Below, one piece after another: positions 53,285 through 64,000 of a stretch of 64,000 nt of DNA. Source of the stretch: Octopus sinensis (Eukaryota); the NCBI RefSeq assembly GCF_006345805.1, contig NC_043000.1, positions 162,688,001-162,752,000 of the forward strand. The letters run 5' to 3'. Made by a program: the position numbers and the translations under genes. The number at the start of each line of letters is the position of its first letter. Position 1 is the stretch's first letter. Below the pieces are notes generated by a model that did not search any database, was not told where the DNA came from, and saw only the letters and a list, made by a program, of their open reading frames with translations.

Positions 53285-53625
53285 CTTGCTACTATAGACA
53301 CAAGGCCTGAATTATCTTGGGGCGGGGGGCTATTCGGTTACATTGTCCCAATACCCAACTGGTGCTCATTTCATCGACTCCGGAAAGATAAATGACAAGG
53401 ACAACCTCGGCAGAATTTGAACTCAAGACGCAGAGACTCGTGCTAACGATTTTGCCATCTCGCCTCTTTTAATGGTTTCAAATTTTGGCACAGGGCCAAT
53501 AGTTTTTGAAAAGATGAAATGTAATGTCGGCCACGGCGAAATTTGAACTCAGAGTGTAAGGCCACAAGAATTGACGCTAAGTATTTTGTCCGACACGATA
53601 ATGATTCTACCAGCTCGCCGCCTTA
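53285..53625 (-). mobile_element. Two decayed tRNA-derived SINEs (17993 family)
   Basis: GAATTTGAACTCA...CTAACGATTTTGCCA.CTCGCC and AATTTGAACTCAGA...TTCTACCAGCTCGCCGCCTT. Confidence 0.7.
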
Positions 53626-54232
53626 TACTTAGGTATGTATAGAATGTGTGTATTTGCAATAAAAATCTCAAAAGGTGCAAAATTTGGTTCCAGCATAACT
53701 CCTGAAACACTGCTCCACTGATGTCTCCAGTTATGCTGAATTCATAGCAAATAAACAATTAAACTAGGTAATTAATTTAAGCTAATGAATTCACTTCATT
53801 TCATGATCTTATACCCTAAAACCCAACTTCCTGATTTGAAAAGAGAACGTTGTAAGCCGTATTGAAATACTCTCGGCTATTTAGTACATTAGTCGATACT
53901 TTCTGGCAAGAAGAAGCTGTCCCTATACTCACCACAGAACACATATACATAAACTGAATAAGTATTATTCACTGTCTCTCTCCCATTTTTGTCCTCCTCC
54001 CTCCCCCCTCTCTCTCTCTCTCTCTCTCTTGTTTTCAGTTGTTTATGTCACATACCTTCGAGCAAGTACCTTAGTATATTAGTGATTGACGGATCTTCGT
54101 ACTGTAAAATATCGCTGTGACTTATTACTTTATGATACACACATACATATATCTTGACACGTAATCACACAAACTCCGCTTTCTCACTACTTTTCTGTCT
54201 TTTTCTCTTTTCTCTCTCTCTCCCCTTCTCTC

Positions 54233-54296
<64 letters not shown>

Positions 54297-54698
54297 GCAT
54301 ACACACCAGACATGCACTGTACATGTACCAACGATGTTACTTATAAGATACTTATCGACCTACTAATAATAGAGATGGGAAAAGATATCCAAGTCACACT
54401 CTGCTATCTTAAGACCGAGTTTTAGATATAAAAAGTTTCAAAAAACAAAGAAATGAAAAAGAAAAGACAAGAAAAACAGGTTAGTCACATTTGGAAAATG
54501 TTGACCCTACAGGAGGGAATCAACAAGAAAGTACCGGATTCAAATATATCCAAGAACATATACTTCAATATCCCGATGCAGCAACTGAACTCCTTTCAAC
54601 AATAGTGTTGCACTGAGATTCCTAATCGTAATAGAAGCGCAGCACGTTGAAAAGACTTCATTGGAACATAGATTGCTGAACTATAACTTTACTCATCA

Positions 54699-54992
54699 CT
54701 GCTGTTGTCTCAATGGTCTTGTGGGTAAAGACATGGACACAGCAACACACAAACCTCTTTAACAAAGGATCATTCTTGGCCTAACGAAGGCGGCAAGCTG
54801 GCAGAGGCGTCAGCGCGCCGGGCGAAATGCTTAGTGGTATTGCGTCTGCCGTTACGTTCTGAGTTCAAATTCCACCGAGATCGACTTTGCATTTCATCCC
54901 TTCAGGGTCGATAAATAAAGTACTGGAGGTCGATGTAACAGACATGTCTTTGTCCTCTCTATGTTTAGCCACTTCTGGGCAATAAAGAAATA
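54699..54992 (+). mobile_element. SINE (54787-54992) with an extra 88-bp 5' segment inside the TSD
   Basis: 17-bp direct repeat TATAACTTTACTCATCA at 54682-54698 and 54993-55009. Confidence 0.75.
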
Positions 54993-55672
54993 TATAACTT
55001 TACTCATCATAATTATCTGCAAGTAGGTGTCCATACATATATGCATGTATGTATGTATGTATGTATGTATGTATGTATGTATGTATGTATGTATGTATGT
55101 ATGTATATGTGTATTTAATACGTATGTATATGAGTGTGTGCGTATGTCTGAATGTAAGGCCTGCCATACGTGTCCAATATCAATTCAAATAATAAACACA
55201 ATCAATTACTAAGTAAATATTCATTTCTATGAGAGGCCAAACGGAAAGAGAGCACATGTAGAGAAATTGCACGGTCTGACTTAAGAACCACGACATGTAT
55301 GTGTGTGCATGCGTGTGTATATGTCTGTGTGTGCATGCGTGGATGTATGTATGTGTTTATACGTATATTTGTATGTTTTGTGGTTTTGTGTGTGTGTGTG
55401 TGTGTGTGTCTGAAGTCGCATGGAATAGTGGTTAGGTTGTTACACTCATGGCTGCTAGATTGTGGGTTTGATTAGCGGACCGGACGGCGTGTTGTGTTCT
55501 TCAGCAAAACACTACGTTTACCGTTGATCCCGTCCATTTAGCTGTAAATGGGTCGCAGTGTGACGGAGAAAAGAAGCCTTCTGATCAAGAGGGGCATCAC
55601 TGGAAAGTTACAACGACGCAAAGCGCATTGTGACCAGACATGTGTAACAACATCCAATTGGTTGATCACGTG

Positions 55673-55707
55673 ATATATATATACACACACATATATGTAC
55701 ATATATG

Positions 55708-55752
<45 letters not shown>

Positions 55753-56350
55753 GTATGTATGTATATATATACATATAGATATACATACACATATATGTGT
55801 GTATGTATTTATGTATGTAAGCATGCACGTATGTATGTATGCATACATGTATGTATGCTTTCATGTATGTATGTACGTATGTATGTATGTCTGTATGTAT
55901 TATGTATGTATGTACGTATGTATGCATGTATGTATGCATGTATGTATGCACGTATGTATGCATGTATGTATGCATGTATGTATGCATGTATGTATGTATG
56001 TAAGTATGTATGTATGCATGTGTGTATGAATGTATGTATGTAAGTATGTATATATGTATGTATGTACGTATGTATGTATGTATGTATGAATGTATGTATG
56101 TAAGTATGTATGTATGTACGTACGTATGTATGTATGAATGTATGTATGTAAGTATGTATGTATGCATGTATGTATGTATGCATGTATGTGTGTATGTATG
56201 TATGTATGTTTGTATGTATGTACGTATGTATGTATTGTACGTATGTATGTATGTATATGTACGTATATGTATGAATGTATGTATGTATGTATGTATGTAT
56301 GTATGTATTGTATGTATGTTTGTATGTATGCGGGTATGTTTGTATGTATT
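55673..56350. repeat. Long degenerate (TATG)n microsatellite
   Basis: Direct inspection. Confidence 0.95.
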
Positions 56351-56759
56351 GTTATACTTGGGGATTGTAATATTCTGTCAATTAAATACGCACACACTAT
56401 ATATTTGGTCTTCACTTTAGCTGTATTGTTATATTAGTTTCTTTGTCAAACCACTTCCTTTGGACACCTTGTGGCTTCATGAGCGACTCTCTAGCACAAG
56501 CATCCCCTCTTGACACGTGGACAGAGTGTCGCTGAAGGGGTCACAGGATGAGTGACATAAAACCTTTGACAGAGAAACTAAAATAATAGAAGTAGTGCTA
56601 AAATGAAGACAAAATATATAAAGCCTTTGTTCAATTGGCGAATTATGATCATTCCAAAGTATAACAATATCTGTTTCAACTCAAGGTTCCACATTAGGAA
56701 TCTTGCAAAAGAAATGCATAAGCGTATATGTATGGATGGACTCTCTCGTCGTGAACGAT

Positions 56760-57115
56760 GCATGATGGTTTAATAAAATAAAACGGTAGTCATGTTATGT
56801 GGACACGAATGTGTCTTTTGAGACCTATTGGTGCCTTGCAAAACTTTTGGCAAAGGAAACGACTTGAGGACTCAGTTTGCTCGAGAGCTTGTGGCTCATT
56901 CATTATGTGTTTTCTTGAGTGGACGGCAAAGCCTGCTTTGCTTCGTGCCACAAAACCACAAAGACAGGTAAGGTTTCCATTTAGAGGAGCAACGTTTTGC
57001 CAGCGTGCCTTCATGCTTGCACGAAGCTGGTGCCGCCGTTGGAATTGATTTTGCTCAAATCTTTTAACTGAGAAGTAGGACTGGCGCCAAGACCTGCATT
57101 TTGATGCTTTGTTTG
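56760..57115 (-). mobile_element. 3' end of an RTE-clade LINE (C-terminal C2H2-like fingers)
   Basis: WRQ...VKRFEQ...LTCLCGFVARSKAGFAVHSRKH...LCQKFCKAPIGLKRHIRVH* resembles RTE/BovB C-termini. Confidence 0.65.
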
Positions 57116-57156
57116 GAGTATACAGACAGACAGACAGATAAATAGATAGATAGATT

Positions 57157-57275
<119 letters not shown>

Positions 57276-60067
57276 GTTAGTTAGTTAGTTAGTTAGTTAA
57301 TTTGGCTCAAAAGCAAATAGCAAGGCCATGTAGGGGGACATGGAGTTAAGTACAGGGTGGTGTTCATGTAAAGAGTTCAGGCCACTTGAGGTCCAGGGAG
57401 GCTTTGAACAAAGCGGTCGTCGGCATCTTCACCATCTCGTCTGGCAGCTTGTTCCACGGATCCGCAACCCGGACGGAGAAAGCTCCTCTCCTTCGATTGA
57501 GATGAAATCGTCGCAGGTAGAGCTTTTCGAATGACCCCGCAGCCGACGCTCGGAGCAGGAGTGAAGAACAGCTCTTTCGAGAGGTTACACTTCCGCTTAT
57601 GATGTTGTGGGCGAGAATGAGATCACCACGGCGGCGGCGTTTTCAAGAGAATAAAGGTCGATCGTCCTCAGCCTTTCTTCGTAGGACAAATTTTTGAGAC
57701 CATGAACCATGCGGGTAGCCAGCCTTTGGACTCTTTCGAGATGCTGTATGTCTTTGAGGAGATAAGGAGAAGAGGCTTGAATCCCATACTCCAATATGGG
57801 TCTCACCAGCGTGACATAGAGTGGCAGGAATATGGCTGCTGTGAGCATTCCGAATGACCGTCGAATCAAAAACAGAATTCCGCGCGCTTTGTTGGCAGCA
57901 TGGACGCACTGGGCCGAAGGCGAAAAGGAGGAATCCACCAAGATACCCAGGTCCTTTACCTGATCGGTCCTCTCCAGCAGCAGACGACCCGGCTCGAAAT
58001 CAAGTTGAGTTGCAGGAGTAGAGCCGACAGGCAGATGACAGCACTTTGACACGTTCAGACACAGGTCCAATCGTTAGACCACTTCCAAATTTGGTGGAGG
58101 CATCGACGAAGATCCTCTATACTACCGCGAGGAGCGACCAGTTTGATATCGTCGGCAAATAGAAGGGTGTGTTGCGTGAGGTCGTCGGGCAAGTCATTTA
58201 TGAAGACTAAGAACAACAAGGGCCCAAGCACTGAACCTTGAGGCACGCCACTGCTCGCACTGGAGACGTCGGACCGCGAACCATTAACTTGAACTTGGAA
58301 GGAGCGATCTGAGAGGAAGGCACCAACCCATCGTACAATATCCGGATAGAAACTATATGCTTGAAGCTTGACAAGTAGTAGGCGGTGGTTTACCGAGTCA
58401 AAAGCTTTGGCAAAGTCCAATAAAACGATGTCAACAGCATCACTATCATCGAGGATGCGCGTCACCAATTCTTCCATTACTAGTAAGTTGGTCAAGCATG
58501 ATCTCTTCGGCACGAAGCCGTGTTGGGAATCAGTGATCGAGGCTGTGTTTAGGAGGTGGAGTATCATACTTTTCTTAAGGATGGTTTCGAACATCTTGCT
58601 GATTATTGATGTAAGGGAAACCGGTCGGTAGTTAAGCGGGTCTTCGCGGCTCCCTTTCTTGAAAATCGGGCAGATTATCGCTGTTCTCCAGTCTGCAGGT
58701 ATAACACCCGTCGCCAATGACATATTGAATAGTCGTGTTAAGGGCTCGCAGATGACCGGAGCCAACGCTTTGATAACCCGTGGGTGTATGCCGTAAGGGC
58801 CGTGACCCTTGTTGACATCGAGGCCTTGAATAACACGTTTGACTTCGTCCCGCATGATGATCAATCGAAGCATTGGAGGTACCGATCTATCAAATGAAGG
58901 GGGTTCACGACCATCATCTTGTTTGAAAATAGTTGAAAAAGCTTCGGCAAATAATTGACTCTGTTGATAAGGGTCCTCAATCGATACGCCTGTTGAGTCT
59001 ACCAACGTTGCAATCTGGTTGTTCAAGCGGGAATTCCGCTGGACATGGGCAAAGAAGGTTTTTGGATTGCTACTGGCATTTGCCGCGATTTTGTATTCAT
59101 AACTGAAGCGTTCTTTCTTTTCAATTTTCACGGCTCGGTCTCGTTGAGTTTTGTACACTTCAAAAGCTGCAGTCGAATCCAGATTTTTGAATTCAGCCCA
59201 AGCAATATCTCTGAGTCGACGTTCTCGTTTAACCTTCTTCGTCACCCAGGGCTTGTGTTTCTTCCTCTTGGGAAGCCCAACGGGAACTGCCTGGTCAGTC
59301 AAACAGATTACATATGCTTTGAGGGATGACCATAGTTCGTCAACTGAGGACAACGTCATCAGGGATCGCCAGTCCAGAAGCGCGGAAGCCTCGGTTAGAA
59401 TTTCAAGATTAATTGCAGAGAAGACTCTACGTGGCAGCGAAGTAATCGCGGGCGTGGAAAAAGTTGTGTGCATGACGAACTTCAGGACCGCATGATCACT
59501 CTTGGCAAGAGGGGCGCACACAGATACATCTGACACTGATCTTGGATAGCGGGAGAATACCAGATCTAGCATAGATGGCTGCTGCCCAGACCGATGCCTT
59601 GTCGGATATTCAACATGTTGCGATAGAAAACAATCTTCAGCCACGTCAAGAAGGGCCTGGCCGAACCGGGAAGATGTACAAATTGATGCGGGCCAATCGA
59701 TCGTGGGAGCGTTGAAGTCGCCTAGTACCAAGCAGTCATGCGAAGCTGAAACGAATCTTATCGCTGCGAGTAGATGAGCATCGTCCTGGGGGTCGGCTAG
59801 AGGCGGCCTGTAGACAGCCAACACGGGCAGGCAAAACTCAGATAGGCTCAGCTTGCAATAGACGGCATCGAATTTGGTTGTAGGTTGAACATTTGTGGGT
59901 AGAATACCGCAGGACGGTTTGTGCTCAGACTTAACATACACAGCAACACCTCCACCTCGCCCTTTTCCTCTGTCACATCTGAAAAGGACGTAGCCCTGCA
60001 GGTGGATTTCTGAGTCCTTTACTGCTGGAGTCAGCCAAGTCTCGGTGATAGCTATCACATCAGGGGA
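57276..60067 (-). mobile_element. 5'-truncated CR1-clade LINE with (TAAC)n tail, inserted in (GATA)n
   Basis: APE + RT ORF2, short 3' UTR, (TAAC)n tail at 57276-57300; (GATA)n on both sides. Confidence 0.92.
57364..60058 (-). CDS. LINE ORF2: APE endonuclease + reverse transcriptase (667-aa open segment, frameshifts near the C-terminus)
   Basis: IAITETWL, GGGVAVYV, VYRPP, LGDFNAP, LDLVF, SDH (APE); NYRPVSLTS, QHGF, LDFAKAFDSV, GVPQGSVLGPLLFL, FADDIKL (RT); LVRPILEY and LERVQR in the next frame. Confidence 0.9.
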
Positions 60068-60772
60068 GATAGATAGATAGATAGATAGATAGATGTAGTG
60101 TTGCTACTACATAATCATCCATGAATATTAACCATCCACCCGTCTACCCCTTTCGACTTCTCTGTTGACTTCTCTGCTATTTCAGTTTGCTTTCTTCTCT
60201 AAATTATTGTCCCAGTTTGGTGTAATAATTTTACATATTTAGTTAAACCTGTTGGCTGAACTTATTATTTAGTATAATGTCCTCTCCTTATCAGTTATCA
60301 GATGTAGAGCATAGCTTTTGGGTGTGTGTGTGTGTATGTGTGTATGTGTGTGTGCGATCGAGAAAGAAAGAGAGAGAGTGTGTCTGTGTATGTGTGTGAG
60401 AGCGTATAAATGTTAATTGCCGTTCTGGTGTACCCTTTTGTGTGTTTGCGCCTGTTTGTGTATATGTGTGTGGACGTAGGCTCACTGACATTGGATTATG
60501 TGTGCCTGTATGGATGTACTTGTATGTATGCGTGCGTATGCGCTTGTGTGATTGTGTGTTTACGTGCTCGCGCGTGTATGTGTGCTTGTGTCTATGTGTG
60601 CATATGCTTGTGAATCAGTGTGCTTTCCTGTGTGTGGATGTGTTGGTGCATATACTTACTACCATTGTGCCATGTGGCTTGTGTGACTGTCTTTATTATG
60701 TTTGACCGTGTACGACCCTGTGTACTTATGATCACTAATGCCATAATGTCTTGTACATCTGTATGACTGTTT

Positions 60773-60816
<44 letters not shown>

Positions 60817-61759
60817 ACATGCGCGTCCGACTTATATGACCTTGCGACGAGTGTTTGTGTCTGCATATTGGAGAAGGTGGAAGGTTAGCTGGCAATGCTG
60901 AATGGTTAAAAAAATCTCGCTTCATAATCATGAGGTGCCCGGTTCAGTCCTACTCTCCCCCAGCTTGTTCAATTATCTTCAGCCGTGATCTTGGATTTAC
61001 TCATTTCATGTTCAAATTAGATAACGCAAGTCCTTTAGAAGACCGTAGGATATACAGAATATTTAAAACGCAGCGTAACACTTCGTTTGCCTGTGTATTC
61101 CATTAACGGTACATGTATATGTGGACAACAGAGTCACACCATAATTCAGTGTATAGGTAGTTCTATTGATTTAAGGGCATGTTTCAATCTTATTAGAGCT
61201 TATCAGTGAAGCATATTTTACTTACAAATCTGCAGCCTCAGTTTCATTTTTCCCCAGTCAACTTTTCTCTGAAGAAGTACTCTGTCCGAAACATAGGATT
61301 TTCCGCTCATCACAGCAACTTTACTGAACTCCGTTGATCTCTTATTCTTTATGCAGGAGTAGTGATCCTTTGCTTGTTGCTTTTAGATTTTCATCACGTA
61401 CTTTTTGTATTCAGCTTACCTTAATAATCTCATTTGATCGACGTTCTTTATTTACTATCATACAGAATTAAGGTATGTTAATCACACAGCCCAATTGTCT
61501 GGACTGACCTCTGGTTAAATTTAATACACGATATTGCATAATCCATGTTTTTTAATTTTCAATTATTCAGTATCATATAAATCGCTGTCATGTTCTCAGA
61601 GCCAGAAATCTACGAGAGTTGTGATTAACACTGCTTCCCTAATTGTGCTGAATTAGTCAACTCTGTACAACTTATGACGTTTTTAGTATCTCGTGAATGT
61701 GTATAGTAAAATAATATAAGCTTCCTAGCTTTCTTTCACTGTGTCTGTATACTCTTTAC

Positions 61760-62002
61760 TCGTTTACTCTTTTACTTGTTTCAGTCGTTTGACAGCGGTC
61801 ATGCTAGAGCACCGCCTTTAGTCGAGCAAATCGACCCCAGTACTTACTCTTTGTAAGCCCAGTACTTATTCTATCGGTTTTCTTTTGCCGAACCGCTAGA
61901 TTAAGGGGACGTAAACACACCAGCATCGGTTGTCAAGTGATGTTGGGGGGACAAACACAGACACACAAATATATACACATGCATACATGTATGTATGTAT
62001 AT

Positions 62003-62054
<52 letters not shown>

Positions 62055-62065
62055 CATATTTATAT

Positions 62066-62112
<47 letters not shown>

Positions 62113-62235
62113 TATATATATTCGACGGGCTTCTTTTCAGTTTCCGTCTACCAGATCTACTCACAGGCTTTGGTGGGTCCGAAGTTATAGTAGAAGACAC
62201 TTGCCCAAGGTGCCACAGTGGGACTTAACCCGGAA
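61760..62235 (-). mobile_element. Composite SINE-like repeat
   Basis: Reverse complement of the 37198 family with internal (TA)n. Confidence 0.85.
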
Positions 62236-62839
62236 TGTAGAATAATTTATGTAGAATAATTTTTCTTTTTTGTCTTCGCTTCGGCAGTGACCTCGGGAGT
62301 GACAGAAACGCATTTCGCCGTTTTTGTGCTTATCAATGCCCCGTACTTGTGTCACTTCCAAAGGGAGGTCAAATCGGCTCGTCTCGTACTTAGATACACT
62401 AGAAACAATACACTGGTTTACAATGGCGCCGTTGTGGCTTAATAAAGTCTGAATTATGCAACAGGAGCAACTCTAGGATTCAATTTTTATCTATAAGACA
62501 TACCAAGTGCATGTGCCTCATTGAAAAGCCCGGAACCAGTCACATCTCCAGTGATTTTATTTCGTCCAGCTATGAAGTATCCTTTAGCTTTTTGGGGGTT
62601 TTTTTCACTTGTTTCAGTTATTAGACTGCAGCCATTCTGACAAGCTGCAAACAGGACAAAATAAACACTTCTCGATCTCGTGGTCACTTTAGAAGGGGTT
62701 TCGTATCGCCTAACTCCGAAGTGGTTTGTGTTTCATAACGAAACAAGTCTATAAAGGGATTACCCCGGAAGAAAACTGCACCCTCTGTCATATACATAAA
62801 AATGTTATTCTAAAGCTGCTTCTATTGAACAATTTCAAT

Positions 62840-63098
62840 ATAGGCGTATTACTGAGTGGGTGGAGCGTCGTACTCGAAATCATGAGGTAGTGAGTTTGAT
62901 TCCCGGGATGTGTGTCGTGTTCTTGAGCAAGACACTTTATTTCACGTTGCTCGAGTTCACTCAGCTGGAGATATGAGTTGCGACGTCTCTAGCGTCAAGC
63001 TGTATCGGCCCCTTTGCCTTTCCATTGGATAACATCGGTGGCGTGGAGAGTAAAGACTGGTAGGCCTGGGAGGGGAACTTTTTAGGTGCAATCCATTG
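62840..63098 (+). mobile_element. tRNA-derived SINE (34609 family)
   Basis: GTGTTCTTGAGCAAGACACTTTA..TCACGTTGC...AAGCTGTATCGGCCCCTTTGCCTTTCC is shared with 34690-34800. Confidence 0.8.
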
Positions 63099-63231
63099 TC
63101 ATTTTTTTATATATTTCTATATATTTTAATATACATTTTATATATATATTTTTATATATTTTAAGAATTACTGGTATTTTTATATATGTAAAGCATAGTT
63201 TTTTGCTTTTGCCCTTGTTTATAAGTTGTAT

Positions 63232-63270
<39 letters not shown>

Positions 63271-63275
63271 ATATA

Positions 63276-63308
<33 letters not shown>

Positions 63309-64000
63309 ATGTATATGTATATGTGTATGTGCGCGCGTGTGGGTATGCGTGGGCGCCTGCGTGTGTGTGTAGATAGATAGATACATGCATAAATACATAC
63401 ACACACACACACATACATACATACATACATACATAATACATACATACATACATTGATTGATGGAAAGGTAGATATTCTCTAAAAGTACATGCCAAAGCTT
63501 CAAAGGACATGATACTTAAGTAGAGCAATATAAATATGAAATATAAGTTATAGTGGCGTATGCACGTGTGTGAAAGGGAGATTGAAAGAACATGTGTATT
63601 TGTATGTATGTAATGTGTGCAGAATACACTTTCTGTGTGTTAATGAATTAAAATAATGGGCATATATATATGAGCGTGTGTATGTGTGTGTGTGTGTGTG
63701 TGTGTTTACTTACATGCATACATGTGCTTGAGTGTGTGTGTGCACGCCTGTCATTTTTAAACACATGGTCTTCCGCACAAAGCACGCATAACTACAAACG
63801 AATAGATTGATAGTTACATACACATACACATACACATTGTCTAACTTGCTGCTAAATTACCGATGTATTAAAATGATTTACAACGGAAATAAGCAAGCTT
63901 GAAAACAAAAAAAAAAGAAGGAAGTTAATAATTCTACAATGTGGTTTATTATATGAGCTGTTAACAGCAAAATAGCAAAAAGAAAAATAATTTTGCAACG

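Noticed and set aside
56467-56548. SECIS-like hairpin (ATGA...TGAA)
   Set aside because: The pairing register places the GA dinucleotides out of the tandem G-A quartet and the AA spacing is wrong; no selenoprotein context.
62272-62290. TCGCTTCGGCAG resembling the U6 5' stem-loop
   Set aside because: Only about 12 nt match and no downstream U6 sequence follows.

Overview
AT-rich, microsatellite-saturated eukaryotic DNA with no recognisable host protein-coding exon. The SINE families, (TACA)n/(GATA)n/(TA)n density and transposon content resemble an octopus/coleoid cephalopod intron or intergenic region (inference). Almost all supplied ORFs are translations of simple repeats. The real content is mobile DNA. 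(1) A young, near-intact Naiad-type Penelope-like retroelement (43.3-48.6 kb; RT + GIY-YIG, tandem plus inverted pseudo-LTRs, three hammerhead ribozyme copies). (2) A non-coding 353-bp hammerhead element (6.3-7.1 kb) with the same partial-tandem, inverted-arm, (TA)n-flanked architecture, a candidate retrozyme or non-autonomous partner. (3) A U6 snRNA-SINE chimera nested in another SINE. (4) A 2.8-kb CR1-clade LINE inserted in (GATA)n. (5) Decayed RTE, R4/Dong, Penelope, mariner, hAT and Chapaev-like fragments and many tRNA-derived SINEs. Family names come from motif recall, not database searches.
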